From contig JALDZX010000012.1 in assembly GCA_022813865.1 (NCBI GenBank), forward strand, positions 372,001 through 436,000: 64,000 bases of DNA, in the 5' to 3' direction. Shown here piece after piece: positions 38,408-49,761 of the stretch. Under the pieces are notes generated by a model, which saw nothing but the letters and a program-made list of their open reading frames with translations, ran no database searches and was not told where the DNA came from. Origin of the DNA: Xylographa opegraphella (lineage: Eukaryota). The first letter of the stretch is position 1. Each line of letters starts with the position of its first letter. The translations under genes and the position numbers were made by a program.

Positions 38408-39169
38408 CGTGGCGGGGAAGTACCGAACCTTTCTCCGATGTTTTGATTCTCCCTGTTCTTTGGTAACGAGACTCGGATGGACCCAGCATAGAAACACTGA
38501 AGAAGAGAACTTATAGAGACCGTCGTCCACTGTACGATATACTCCTCCCAAAAGGATCGTTGCAAAAGGTGCCTCCGCATGGTCGGCCCCATCATTGGTC
38601 GATCTTGGTGGAACAGCCTCGGCCTTCCCCGCAATCTGGGACGGGATCTCATGGTGGATCTGGCACTAAGTTCAGTGCTATCGAGACTGGACTGCACCCA
38701 CTTTCAAGCGCAGGAGCGAAACTGTGCTCAATAGCTCGAACTGCGCAAGGGATGATCAGCATCCATCAAAAGTCAAGGAGAAATTCTACAGCTCAATGAG
38801 CTGCAACGCCAAGCATTCTACAAAGTGCTAAATCAGGTGACTGAGCCCTTGTCGTGACTTTCGGCCAACCAGAGCGCCGGCCTTCGACATCCAAGAGTCT
38901 GACCAAGAAGCTTGTGAAATCTGCGAATCTTCCATTTCCTTATTGGTCGTGAAACTGCTTACTGTAGTCTGCGCTATCCAATTGATTGGCTCCGACAACG
39001 CTGATCAGTCCCATTGCGTGCAGAGTAATGCGATGTCTCATGATGACAACGTCCCCTAGGGAGCTCATACGTCGAACACGAGTAGCGTTTTTGAGAGAAG
39101 TATCACCAACATCAACAATCTCGTGGCCACATTGCAATGCAGGCTACGAACTTGATTGCAAATCCCGGA

Positions 39170-40801
39170 TCATCCAATTGCATGTTCCTCCTCGCCCAGT
39201 CGCCTCTCCCTCTCCCTACCACCGTAGATACCCCCATCAAGAATCATCGCTTCATTGTCGTCAAAGTCATCCTGTACTCGTCTCCATTTCGAGCTGAATT
39301 GCTGTTCCCTATTTTCTTTATCGGCGGACTCGAAATCGTCCGACCTATCTTTCCCTTTCCCTTCCTTCCATACAGGCTTGATCAGACTTCCGAGTAACGG
39401 GTTGCGCCCAAAAGCTCCGGTTCCTTGTCCCCCAGAATTAGAGCCAGCACCACCAGACTCCCCATTCTCGTCTACTTCTTTACCACCATCCTCCTCTTCC
39501 TCTGGCTCCTTCTCCCTTTCGACCTTGCCCATCCTCCTCACGACTTTTCCGCCCACGAGATCCACACTTACTACAACCCGTCTCTTCTCATACTCTGGCT
39601 GAGCATTCCACTCCTGTTCTCGTAGAACCTTCTGCTGCCGTTTCAATTGCGCTGCTCGCTCGACGGGACTACTCCACATGCTCTGCCCGCTGGCTGGTGT
39701 TTCGAAGTCTGCAGCTTCGTCGATGACGTGTGTTCGGCGGGCATTTTGGGCTTGGTATGTGAGAAGTTTGTCCCTGTGCTGCCGAGCTGCGGCGAGAGTG
39801 ACATCGACATTATCGGATTTTGAGGACGAAGCGCTGGGAAGAGGCGAAGCGTTTATTGGCGCTTGGAAGGGTCGTGAGGCTTTCGAGATCTCTGCTCGGC
39901 GTTGTGGAGCATTGTTTGCGTCCATCTTCTCCTTACCTCGTTCCTCACGTAGGACTCTCACCATTGCCTGAATATCTGCCGGGGCGAGCAAAGCCGCTCC
40001 ACAGAAGGTACAAGGACCGAGACCTTCTTTCACGCAGATAATCTTGCCGCAGGCGAGGCAATTGGGCGCGGCGGCCAGGAGTGGATGCCGGCCAGCCTGG
40101 CAATCGCATCGACGAGCTGCAACGTCTTCAGAGGATGATAGTGATGGATTCGTCTGAATTTCAAGGGAGCGAATAGCATGATCGAGATCTGTGAGAGTGG
40201 TCGAAGCTCCGTGCATTGGCATGCCACCCGAGAGCGCAATTTTGGTTGTTTTCGGGACCGGCGACGAAGTACGTGAGGTGGGATGAGAAGAAGGCCGGGA
40301 ACCGGTGCGGACATTGGGAAGGTCAGATAATAGCGAGCCAGCGGCTGATGGGGGTAATTTAGGTATTGGATGCTGAAGGGCAGCAGGCGTAGCCGAGAGA
40401 GAAAGATTGCTAGCAAGAGCGGTATCCTTGCGCCGATGGCTGCTGGGCATATAATCTTCTTCTTCTTTCTTCTGATAGGCGCCGGCGGTATTCCCATAGT
40501 CCTCGGGCCGTCGAGGGAGAGGTAGTTGGTTTAGTGGGGCTTTCTTCTTGTGGGCTTTGTGACGAGGCGGGACTTCTGACTGTTGACGGGGGTTCACCAC
40601 TGTAGCTGGAGCATTGCGGCGAGAGTTGAAGGAGGTAATGAATTCCAGTGCCTGCGGAGAATCACCAAGAAGGTTCTTCAGATGTTCGGCTGCTGCATCT
40701 TTGGATAAGCCTGAGCTGTAGTCGATAATCTGCTTGAGCGACTCGTCGTCAAGTGGTAGGAGACGAGAGATCTGCGTCACAGCCCAACTTGAAGCAGCCA
40801 T
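39170..40801 (-). CDS. RQT4: ASC-1/TRIP4/Rqt4-like C2HC5 zinc-finger protein
   Basis: PWI-like N-terminus (HLKNLLGDSPQALEFITSF), CDCQAGRHPLLAAAPNCLACGKIICVKEGLGPCTFCG, and RDKLLTY..RTHVIDEAADF. Confidence 0.85.
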   Translation of the reverse strand: MAASSWAVTQISRLLPLDDESLKQIIDYSSGLSKDAAAEHLKNLLGDSPQALEFITSFNSRRNAPATVVNPRQQSEVPPRHKAHKKKAPLNQLPLPRRPEDYGNTAGAYQKKEEEDYMPSSHRRKDTALASNLSLSATPAALQHPIPKLPPSAAGSLLSDLPNVRTGSRPSSHPTSRTSSPVPKTTKIALSGGMPMHGASTTLTDLDHAIRSLEIQTNPSLSSSEDVAARRCDCQAGRHPLLAAAPNCLACGKIICVKEGLGPCTFCGAALLAPADIQAMVRVLREERGKEKMDANNAPQRRAEISKASRPFQAPINASPLPSASSSKSDNVDVTLAAARQHRDKLLTYQAQNARRTHVIDEAADFETPASGQSMWSSPVERAAQLKRQQKVLREQEWNAQPEYEKRRVVVSVDLVGGKVVRRMGKVEREKEPEEEEDGGKEVDENGESGGAGSNSGGQGTGAFGRNPLLGSLIKPVWKEGKGKDRSDDFESADKENREQQFSSKWRRVQDDFDDNEAMILDGGIYGGRERERRLGEEEHAIG

Positions 40802-41060
40802 ACTGTCTTTCATTCACTACAGGCGAGTTCCTAATTTTCGAGCACCAGTCTGAGGTGATGAGATCAATCATGATCTTCAAGCCACTTTGTGGCTGCGGGT
40901 GAGAAATCCTGTGATTGTGGCGTCACGCTAGTTGAAGAGCCTCAGAGCTTCGCTTGACGACGTCTCATCAACTACACAGGAGCAAGAATGACCCGCAGAA
41001 CGAAAGTCATCTAAGTGAGCACTGCGACTTTCTAACCAGTTGTTTCGTTTTGCATTCGTT

Positions 41061-41124
41061 GCATTCTTGCATTCTTGCATTCTTGCATTCTTGCATTCTT
41101 GCATTCTTGCATTCTTGCATTCTT
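41061..41124. repeat. Perfect 8-bp tandem repeat (GCATTCTT)x8
   Basis: Read directly; one degenerate copy precedes it. Confidence 0.97.
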
Positions 41125-41565
41125 GCAGATACAAAGTAGTTGCCCTAATGCTGTGCGTAATAACTCAGCAGCTCCGTTGTTGTCGCTCCCTCAGGTTATT
41201 TGTTCTGCCCGAGGAAAAGATCCAGTCAGAGGCTCCAAAATGATAGTCACGTCACTGTATTCTAAAGATCCCAAATACCGGCACCAGGTGATCTGCGTGC
41301 TGATTTCCGTTTTTGTATCCTCAGACTATGTGCAAGCGACTTGAGATTTATATAATGTGGCATCTTGTCATGATATCTGTTCCGCACACCTAGGACGTCA
41401 GCTTTACACTGTACTCAAGTTTGATGAGATAAAGCATGATTGGTGGTCCTCCGACCATGAGGGAAAGCAGACCCTAGTTTGATGGTGCGTGATGTTAAGC
41501 AGTTTGGGAAATTAGCCTTTCCTTTGAAATATATATTCACTTGAAGCATATACCTAACAACAAAT

Positions 41566-41650
41566 GGGATCTTGGTCTAGTTGGTTAGACTCTGCTGACT
41601 TCGCGCAGACTATCTGGATTACTGGTCCTTGGTTCGAATCCGCACACTGG
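41566..41650 (+). pseudogene. Second degenerate tRNA-like element
   Basis: A box TGGTCTAGTTGG (41573-41584) with a GTCT/AGAC D-stem and B box GGTTCGAATCC (41631-41641). The T-stem and acceptor stem are broken, and short GGACC(C)AG repeats follow. Confidence 0.5.
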
Positions 41651-42770
41651 CTCTTGACCGGCCGCATATTGGGACCCAGGATCTGGACCTAGGACCCAGA
41701 CCCTTGTACATGGTGTACAACCGCCTCTATTCAACACACTCCATCCAGGCAGGCCATCCGTTGGGACCTTGGGCACTCTTCCATCAGTAAGCTTCCTCCC
41801 TCCCCTCTTCCCCCGACCAAGATATCATTTGTTTTTTTGTCTATTCTCGTTGCCCTCCACTACCTTGATACTCCGTGAACGTGATGAACCGCACCGCATG
41901 ATTATACATATCCACACTTGGTTGCGAAGCTGGTGTTAATAGATTACTATGCCTTATGTGTTTCCAAGACAATCACTGATATATATATTTGAATTCAATG
42001 TTCCAGGGGGTCCTGAGCACGCATAGATACAGCCGGCTGGCAGAGCTTACTCGATCATTGTATTAAATCTCGTGACTGTGTTTAAAGTGTAGTACATGAT
42101 TTAAAGCATCAATTGAATTCTACCTCCTCCCCATAGTCGAGGCCTCCGACTTGATCTATATAGTCGTCTGCACAGTCGAGCTTCTCGAAATTGCCATCGA
42201 GACAGCGCTTAAGCTAACCACCTGCACCAACCATGGCGCTCTAGAGCGCGGCCCGGAACCAAGAGGTATCTCAATGATCTTTCTCCTCGGGCGGTTTGAA
42301 GTTCGTTAGTTCATTGCAACTTTCTAGTTGGGGAGGTCGTATAACACAAAAGTTGTGGAGATTTGGCGTCGTTAAAGGGGACACTGGTGACGTCCGCTGT
42401 GGCACACGGCGATCGATAAGCCTAAAGTCGTGATGAATTCGAGTGCTTGTACAGTGCTGGAGTAGCTGTCGCTTGTAGCAATATTGTTTGGGTTCCGAGT
42501 ACCCAGTAATGCTCGCTGGTCGAGCTCTGTTGCATTGGAGATGATTCGAACCCATGTCTTCAAGGCGTAGTCGAGCATCGTATCAGGCGTTTCGTACTCG
42601 ACCAGTGTCCACTTCGATTACATCTGTACCCCAGAAACCGGGGATGTATCGCGGGCCAATATTGTCCCAGCGCAGCTCCAGACTCCTTCATCCCTACTCA
42701 TGTTGGCTTCTCACCAATGGACAAATCGGCGGAACGATATGCAATTGATGCGCAGTATCACAGATGTCTC

Positions 42771-43127
42771 TCAGCGCCTCCTCTCGCTGCCCCTCCCTGC
42801 CTCTTCCCGGCTCATGCCGGCCTGTCTCCTCTCCAGCTCCTGGATCTTCCTCTCCAACCCGATTTTCTTCGCCATCAGCCTTCCACGCGCAGACTCCAGC
42901 ATCGCGATCCGCTCCGCCGTCGTAGACTCTTGGATGGCAACGACTTCCTGCGAAGCATTAGCGCTCGTCGTTGCGATTGAGTCGTACAAAATGTGTAGGT
43001 TTACCTTCTTCCGCTCCCGGTGGGTCTTCAGTCCAGCTCCGTACCAGGCCCCGGTGGCGGTGATGGCGGCAATGGATACTGTCAGGATGACCCGTCGAGC
43101 TTTGGGGTAGTGAAAGCCAGCGGACAT
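42771..43127 (-). CDS. Small single-TM coiled-coil protein (possibly mitochondrial); 57-nt in-frame intron 42948-43004
   Basis: MSAGFHYPKARRVILTVSIAAITATGAWYGAGLK followed by coiled coil ERIAMLESARGRLMAKKIGLERKIQEL. The intron has GTAAAC..GCTAAT..CAG. Confidence 0.7.
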   Translation of the reverse strand: MSAGFHYPKARRVILTVSIAAITATGAWYGAGLKTHRERKKVNLHILYDSIATTSANASQEVVAIQESTTAERIAMLESARGRLMAKKIGLERKIQELERRQAGMSREEAGRGSERRR

Positions 43128-43493
43128 GGTGGTGTCGGCGAAGCGTGGACGACTCTGCGTTACGAATGCTAAGCTACCTAGTCGTGAGTAAGGTAGTCTA
43201 CGAAAGTACCTCAGCGAAAGCGCGTCCCTGCGCTTGCTTCTCCCCCCTGTCCGCGAGCTGCTGCCGAGAGGATCTAGACAGGGGCTCCGCGGACTCCGAC
43301 GGAAGAGCTTATTCAGGGCCCAAGGTGGCATGAATAACCCCGCCGTCATGGCGACGTCTGGATTATCTCAACGAGCTACAGGCGCACTGGCGTAGTGTCT
43401 GGACGACATGCTCCCCCTACCCGCAATCGCATACCTTTCTGCCTCCCAAAGAGCTTGCCATCCCTTCTTGACCTGACCTCCCTCGCCTCCACC

Positions 43494-44541
43494 ATGAGCA
43501 CCCCCCGCGTCTTCATCATCCGCCACGGCGAGACCGAATGGTCGCTCAACGGCCGCCACACCGGCACCACGGAGCTGCCCCTCACGGCCAATGGCGAGAA
43601 GCGGATACGCGCGACGGGCAAGGCGCTGGTGGGCGACGACCGCTTGATCGTGCCGTCCAAGATCGCGCACATGTGGGGCATTTCCGCCCTCTGGTCGATT
43701 CGCCTAATGTTTGCTAATATATCACGCGGCGAAATAGCTACGTCTCGCCCCGCCGCCGCGCGCAGCGGACGCTGGAGCTGCTCGATCTCGGGTGCCACGA
43801 GCGCGTGGGCGAGAGCGATGGCCACGTCGAGCACGGGGAGGGGGATCTGATCAGCAAGGTGAAGGTGCAGACCACGGAGGACATCCGGGAGTGGGACTAC
43901 GGCGACTATGAGGGGAAGACGAGCGCGCAGATCAGGGAGGAGAGGAAGGCCAAGGGGTTGAATGGGGATTGGGATATTTGGCGAGATGGCTGCCCGGGTG
44001 GGGAGTGGGTTGCACCCCGGTCCATCGGAAGGGTGGAACGACGGAGTAGCTGACTGGGAGACGCTGCAGGTCGCCGACAGATGTATCGAAGCGGCTCGAC
44101 AAGTTGATCGCCGATATCCGAACGCGCTTCCACGACAAGGTTCTGGGCAAGACGTCGGAGAAAGAGAAGATGAAAGGGGATGTGCTGGTGGTGGCCCACG
44201 GGCATATATTGAGAGCTTTCGCCATGCGCTGGATAGGAAGAGGATTGACAGATGGGGTGTCATTACTTCTGGAAGGTAAGCCAATCCTCTAGAGTCATTG
44301 AAACAGTATCTGTGCTGAGTCGAAGATAGCCGGCGGTGTGGGAACACTTAGGTATGATATCCAAGGTCATCAAGTAGCCATGGGACTGACAATTTATGTT
44401 AGCTACGAGCATCACAGGATCGAAGAACCTGCTATATTGTAAGGATTCATTTTCAGCATTGATGCTAGAATGACACTGACGGACTGTAGACTGGGTGGCG
44501 CTTTCGTCGTCGACCTCGTAGATAACATAGAGAAGTCGTGA
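43494..44541 (+). CDS. Histidine phosphatase / phosphoglycerate-mutase family, Shb17-like (multi-exon)
   Basis: VFIIRHGETEWSLNGRHTG, YVSPRRRAQRT, REWDYGDYEG, WDIWRDGCPGGE, VVAHGHILR and YEHHRIEEPAIL. Confidence 0.85.
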
Positions 44542-44764
44542 GGCTAAGGTATGGCAGAACACTAGGTGTCAATTTTATGTCTTTGTCACGTTGCGTACAG
44601 TTCGGCAAAGATCGCTAAGCAAGAAACAATCAAAGCCTGGCATTGAATCCGATCTGAAGTATCCATTCGGAACATAACCTTAATCGCCAGCCTTGTATTG
44701 CTTAGACGTTAACACTCCTCTTTATACTAGTATCTTTGCATTACCGAGAGCAAATGCGTGCATA

Positions 44765-46326
44765 CTAGAATGTATCCTTAAGGGCCTCGTCTTTCTTAAG
44801 CTGTGTACCAAGCTGCTTAACACGAGCACGACATAGTACACAATCTTTCCATCCTTCAGTCTGAAGATGCTCATTGCTGACTGGACACGATTCAAGAGGT
44901 TGTACAGGCGGTGAACTCTTCTTGCTCTTTTTCTTGTCCGTCTTTTTAGCTACGAAAATATCTTCCTCTACTACTGGAACCGGAAGCGTATCCTTCGTAG
45001 ACTTCTTCTTATTCGTTTTTTTGGGTATGGGCAAATCTTCTGTTAGTGGTTCTGGTGTGTAGAGCGTCTCATGGTCGAAGTAGGATGGCAGTGGGGCTGG
45101 AGTCGGGGATGAAATCGGAAGCTTATCATACTTCTTGACCTCATTGGATATGGCCTTTGCTGGTTGCGTATGAGCGCTCTCACCGTGGGCAATGCCTTCA
45201 CTTTGATACGAAGATGTGCGAGGTCCAGGGGATCGGCCACGCAATTCAAGGGCAGACGACCTCCAATTAGTGAAGAGAGAATCCTCTTCGGCAACGACTG
45301 GCTCCTCTTTACCGAAGATAGCCTCATAAGCAGCAGAACGCGCTTTTTTACGAGATGAAAGCTTCGCCTTCGCAGTGGTAAGATCGATTTCGGCGGCGAT
45401 AGGTACCACCAGCTCTACTGTCGTTCTGTTAGAATCGGAAGCCTTGATACTCCCTCGCGAGTTTTGCCGAGACCCGGATCCTGAGTGCTTGGAGGCTGTC
45501 TCGTTGCTCTCGGCAAGGTTTCGGACAATGCTATTGACCAGGACTAGGTTGAAGCTCCTGTTTTCCCCAATGCGGTTTAGAAAAGCGTCTTTCTTGAACA
45601 AGTCTCTGTCACTCTTGTATGCAGCGTCAATCGTGCTCTTCAAGAAGGTTACAAACCATTGCTCCCCAGCAGGCAGTTCATTGTAAATTGCCGCGGTGAT
45701 GTCAAGCAGATCGAAGAACGGAAGTACTGTTCCAGATGATGTGACATGGAGCTTGGCCAGTGTCTCCAGACCGGGCAGTCCATGAATTCTTGCAACGCAA
45801 TACGCGAGAACGTTGGTTTTGTAATCGGCTAGTTTCTGGCCAATGCCTGATATCCCCGGCAACTTGAGCGTCTGGTAGGTTCCGGTATTGAGATAATGCA
45901 CGAGCGTATGGCTAGCATCCTCGTGCACGTCGGCAGTAAGGTCGATGACTGGCAGTGGCTTGGAGTGGAAGTTGCATTTCTCCGCCCACTTCGGAACAAA
46001 ACGGAGATAATCTTCCAATATGGTGTATTGTACTCGAGAAGCCCCAATCAACAAGGTGTAAGGACGTGTCGTATATGGCCTGGGTTAAGAGTTAGTGGAT
46101 TAGCTTATGATAGAAGAACTACATGAAGAAGGGCTTACGATGAAGTGGGACGGTCATGTACCGCTACATTGCGAGTCTCAGCGAAACGGCATTTATCTTT
46201 GCCAGATGCTATTTGCGTCTGTTCTGTTTCCATGCTTGGGACATCTACTTCAGACGGAGCTTCAACAGGTTGAGGCTCGCTTGGGATCTCGGTCATGGCT
46301 TCCGCTACTTTGCCCTTCTTCACCAT
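44765..46326 (-). CDS. Hypothetical protein with degenerate BTB/POZ-like region and Lys-rich C-terminus (intron ~46090-46164)
   Basis: VHEDASHTLVHYLNTGTYQTL and AYCVARIHGLPGLETLAK are typical of fungal BTB-like proteins; long ORF. Confidence 0.6.
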
Positions 46327-47176
46327 TCTCAGACTCCGAAGCGATTGTTGCAAGATGAAGAACGATAGGTCCGTGACAGTAGTTCAACGCCGAAGACTAG
46401 CTGCAAGTGAGGTTTGAAGCTGTAGAAGTGTTGTTGTGATTGTGATATACGACTGTGACTTATGGATGCCTAGAGCGGGGTATCGTAGCTGCGAGTGTTG
46501 CCGGTGCAACATGATCGATTCGCCCACAGACCCAGATGGCTACCAGCATGGATGCAGCCGGCGACGGCAGCAGGGGTCTCAGCTGACTGCAGAGGGGCTC
46601 CATCACGTAATTGGAGGACTCAAGACGTGAGTTGCTTAACCACATGATTCCTTGGACTTGTAATACAATAGTATTTTCAGACTGAGTCCTGGAGGAGATG
46701 ATTAAGTCTGTACCCATTGAGAGTAGAGCCTAGCTGGTAGTCGTCCTCTTATAGTCTGGATAAAAGTGGCTCCGGCAAGTTTTATGCACATGACAAAGCG
46801 ATTCGTATCGGGCTGCTGCAGACGGCCAAGGGCTTGGCTGTCTCAGCAACGCTTGGCGGATGATAACAATGCTTGGCGGTCGCAGCAAGCTAGCCAATCA
46901 GATACCTGGCTGTGAGGGTGTTGATGCCCGTTTTGCGCGTTTCCGGATTAGCGGGCAGCCACGATTGGAGCAAAAGGTCTCGTTTGTGCTTAGTTAAGTT
47001 TTTAGTGGCGCCGAGCTGGGAAACCGATTTCAGATTCCTGCCTCCTCCACCTGGGCCCTCTTCCACTTTCCCATTACTCCCAACAACCACACAAGCATAC
47101 CTCTACTCCATACCTCAACCTTAGACTCTCTCTACGCTTCGATTCGAAAGCCGTACCTCCGTACACATAGTTCAAA

Positions 47177-47415
47177 ATGCCTGCTCCAGCAAAGAACGTC
47201 CAGCAGCCGCAGCCTGCACAACCCATGACCACCACTGCGACCACCGGCGGCCTCCAGGTCCAGCAGCCCGTCTGTTCCTTCTACAACAGCACCTTACAAT
47301 CATGAACTGATGGAAGCTATAGAAACCCCAGCCACAGATGGAGATGAGCCTCCGTGGTGGTGAATACGCTTCGTGCAACTGCTGTGGCATGGGCTGCGCA
47401 GAGGGCTGCTGTTAA
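47177..47415 (+). CDS. 61-aa Gln/Pro-rich microprotein with LRGG and a Cys-rich tail (CYSTM-like); intron 47270-47322; absent from the ORF track
   Basis: Kozak-like caaaATG and intron GTCTGT..CTGAT..TAG. Product: MPAPAKNVQQPQPAQPMTTTATTGGLQVQQP|KPQPQMEMSLRGGEYASCNCCGMGCAEGCC*. Confidence 0.75.
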
Positions 47416-48207
47416 ACAGGTAGGAAGAGACCGAACCAGTTACAATGTTCACAGAACTGATTTTGAGCTTGCGAAAAGCTTCTCGCCATGATGCCATCAA
47501 CTTGGGTCACGTCAATACACGTTTGGTCTGGGCGCTCGGAGAAGATAGCCAGACGAGGAGTTTGTGATGGAGAAGAGTAGTTAGGCAACGACTGCGTTTT
47601 CTGCATGCTGTTTGTTGTAGTGGAGACTGTAAGGTTACTGTTGAGCATGTTGTAATTACGAGAATACGAAGCCGTGTTTATACGTCTACCGTCCAGCGCA
47701 AGTGACCACCCCAAGCCACTCCCTGCTTCAGAGAGAAGATTGAGGCCGAGGGACACGTGTATAAAATACGTGAATAAAAGGGTGCTGAAAGGGCGGCCCC
47801 CGTTGATCATCGACGTGGAAAATATAGCATGGCTCCATGGGTTACTGTTTCACTTGGCTCCACATGCGGTGTGTTTGCTCAAAGCGCAGGAGAGCCAGTC
47901 TTAGGCGGTCCAGCGGCCATCTTCCCCAAGACATAAGGGCAAAAGTTTGTGGTTCCAGCGGCATCCTTCCCATAAAGGTGGGAACTACTTCCCGCTGTTC
48001 TGCCACCGACAGTGCCTGTCGACCCGCCCGGTCTACTCACAGCCCCAAGCAGTCAGCCTTAAGTTACTATCCTCGCTATCCAAGGCCCGAGGCCCTCGCT
48101 TCGCAGCTCACCAATCCGCCACGGAAAGCAACATCCAGATGGAAGCCCATAGAACAGCGCACCGGTCGCCTCACGACCGGCTGTCCTGAAACCCCAATGC
48201 CCTCATC

Positions 48208-49259
48208 ATGGCCACGTCCGCCTTTGCGCTCAAAGAGCAGGGCAACAAGTAAGTCCCCTCCTCTCCTGGAGCGCCACACCCACCGCACCTCTGACCGTCC
48301 GTCCCTCGCAGAGCGTTCAAAGCCGGCGACTACAAAGAGGCCGAAGAGCTCTACTCCAAAGCGTACGCACCCCTCGCTCCCGCCCGCGAACCAGCGCGAC
48401 TGCCCTTCCCGCTGACCCTTGCCTCCGTCCAGCATCCAACGCGACTCCGCCAACCCGGCCCTCTTCACCAACCGCGCCTTCACCCGGATCAAGCTGCAAG
48501 CATGGGAAGCCTGCATCGACGACTGCATCCGCGCCATCGAGCTGCAGCCCCAGAGCATGAAGGGCTACTACTACCTCGCCCAGGCGCAGGTCGCGCTGCA
48601 CCACCCGAACGAGGCCCTGAGCTCCGCCACCACCGCCTACGACATCTGCCTGCGCACGCACGACTCCAGCGCCTCCAACATCTCGGCCCTGATCCTGCAG
48701 GCCAAGAAGGAGAAGTGGGAGGTCAAGGAGCGGGACCGCATCCGTCGCCGGAGTGATCTGCTCCGCGAGTTGGAGGATGCGCTGCTGCGCGCGGCGGACG
48801 TGCAGCGGCTGCAGATCGACCAGCGGCTGAAGTATCTGGACCTCGGTCCGACGGAGGGCAGGGAGGAGAAGGAGGAGATCACGGCGGCGACGAGGCGGAA
48901 GGTCGAGGAGCTGAGGAATATATTTGCGGTGTCCGATCCGGTGAATCTGGCGAGGAGAGTACGTGTTGTATTGGGGGAGGCCCTTTTGTGGTCGTTTGTT
49001 TCTTTCCTTCTGACATCTATGCCAGGAAGTCCCGGATTATCTGATCGACAACATCTCCTTCGCCATCATGCACGATCCGGTCGTCACGAAGACGGGGAAC
49101 TCATACGATCGATCGACGCTGCTGGAACATCTCAAACGCTCGAACACGGACCCTCTCACCCGCGAACCGCTGACACGCGAGGATTTGAGGCCCAACTTGG
49201 CCCTGAAACAGGCATGCGCTGAGTTTCTGGAGGAGAACGGGTGGGCGGTGGATTGGTGA
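48208..49259 (+). CDS. CHIP/STUB1-like TPR + U-box E3 ubiquitin ligase (introns ~48249-48311, 48363-48432, 48959-49026)
   Basis: LKEQGNK.FKAGDYKEAEELYSKA and FTNRAFTRIKL (TPR); VPDYLIDNISFAIMHDPVVTKTGNSYDRSTLLEHL..DPLTREPL..LRPNLALK (U-box). Confidence 0.9.
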
Positions 49260-49761
49260 GACGTATTACAGCACAGAAGGAGTTTTGCAGAGCCATTTAT
49301 GTGAGACAATGGTTCATTTAATCGTCATAACAGTTCATATCTGATGGATCCGTCCCATATACACATCCACAATCATATAGGTACATCCTCTTACATATTC
49401 TGAAACAGTAATTTCAACCGCCGAGTCCCTTACGATGTTTGACCCCATGACGCCGCTTCTATTGGTACCCCCTGCCTGACCTTCAAGTTGTGAAAGTACT
49501 ACAGCCCTGGACTTGAAATTCATTTTCTTGCAGCCTTATCCCTCATAGCGACCTTTGCACGGTTGGGACACTGACACGGGAATCCCGGAAAGTTTCTAGC
49601 GCGCCGGCAAAAGCGCTTGCTCGCTAGTTTGTTTCAACACATCCGTGTTTAACAACAGCTCTGGTACATAGAGATACCTTGAAGGACTTGTTAGACGGTT
49701 CTGCATCGAATCGATCGATATCTGCCCGACTGTTTTCTTTTGACACTTCCATGTTCCGATG

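Noticed and set aside
40928..41344. ORFs with repeated QECKNARM / LHSCILAF
   Set aside because: Translation artefacts of the 8-bp tandem repeat.
670..49259. New1, Rqt4 and CHIP as a protein quality-control cluster
   Set aside because: They are separated by many unrelated genes, so chance co-location is likely.
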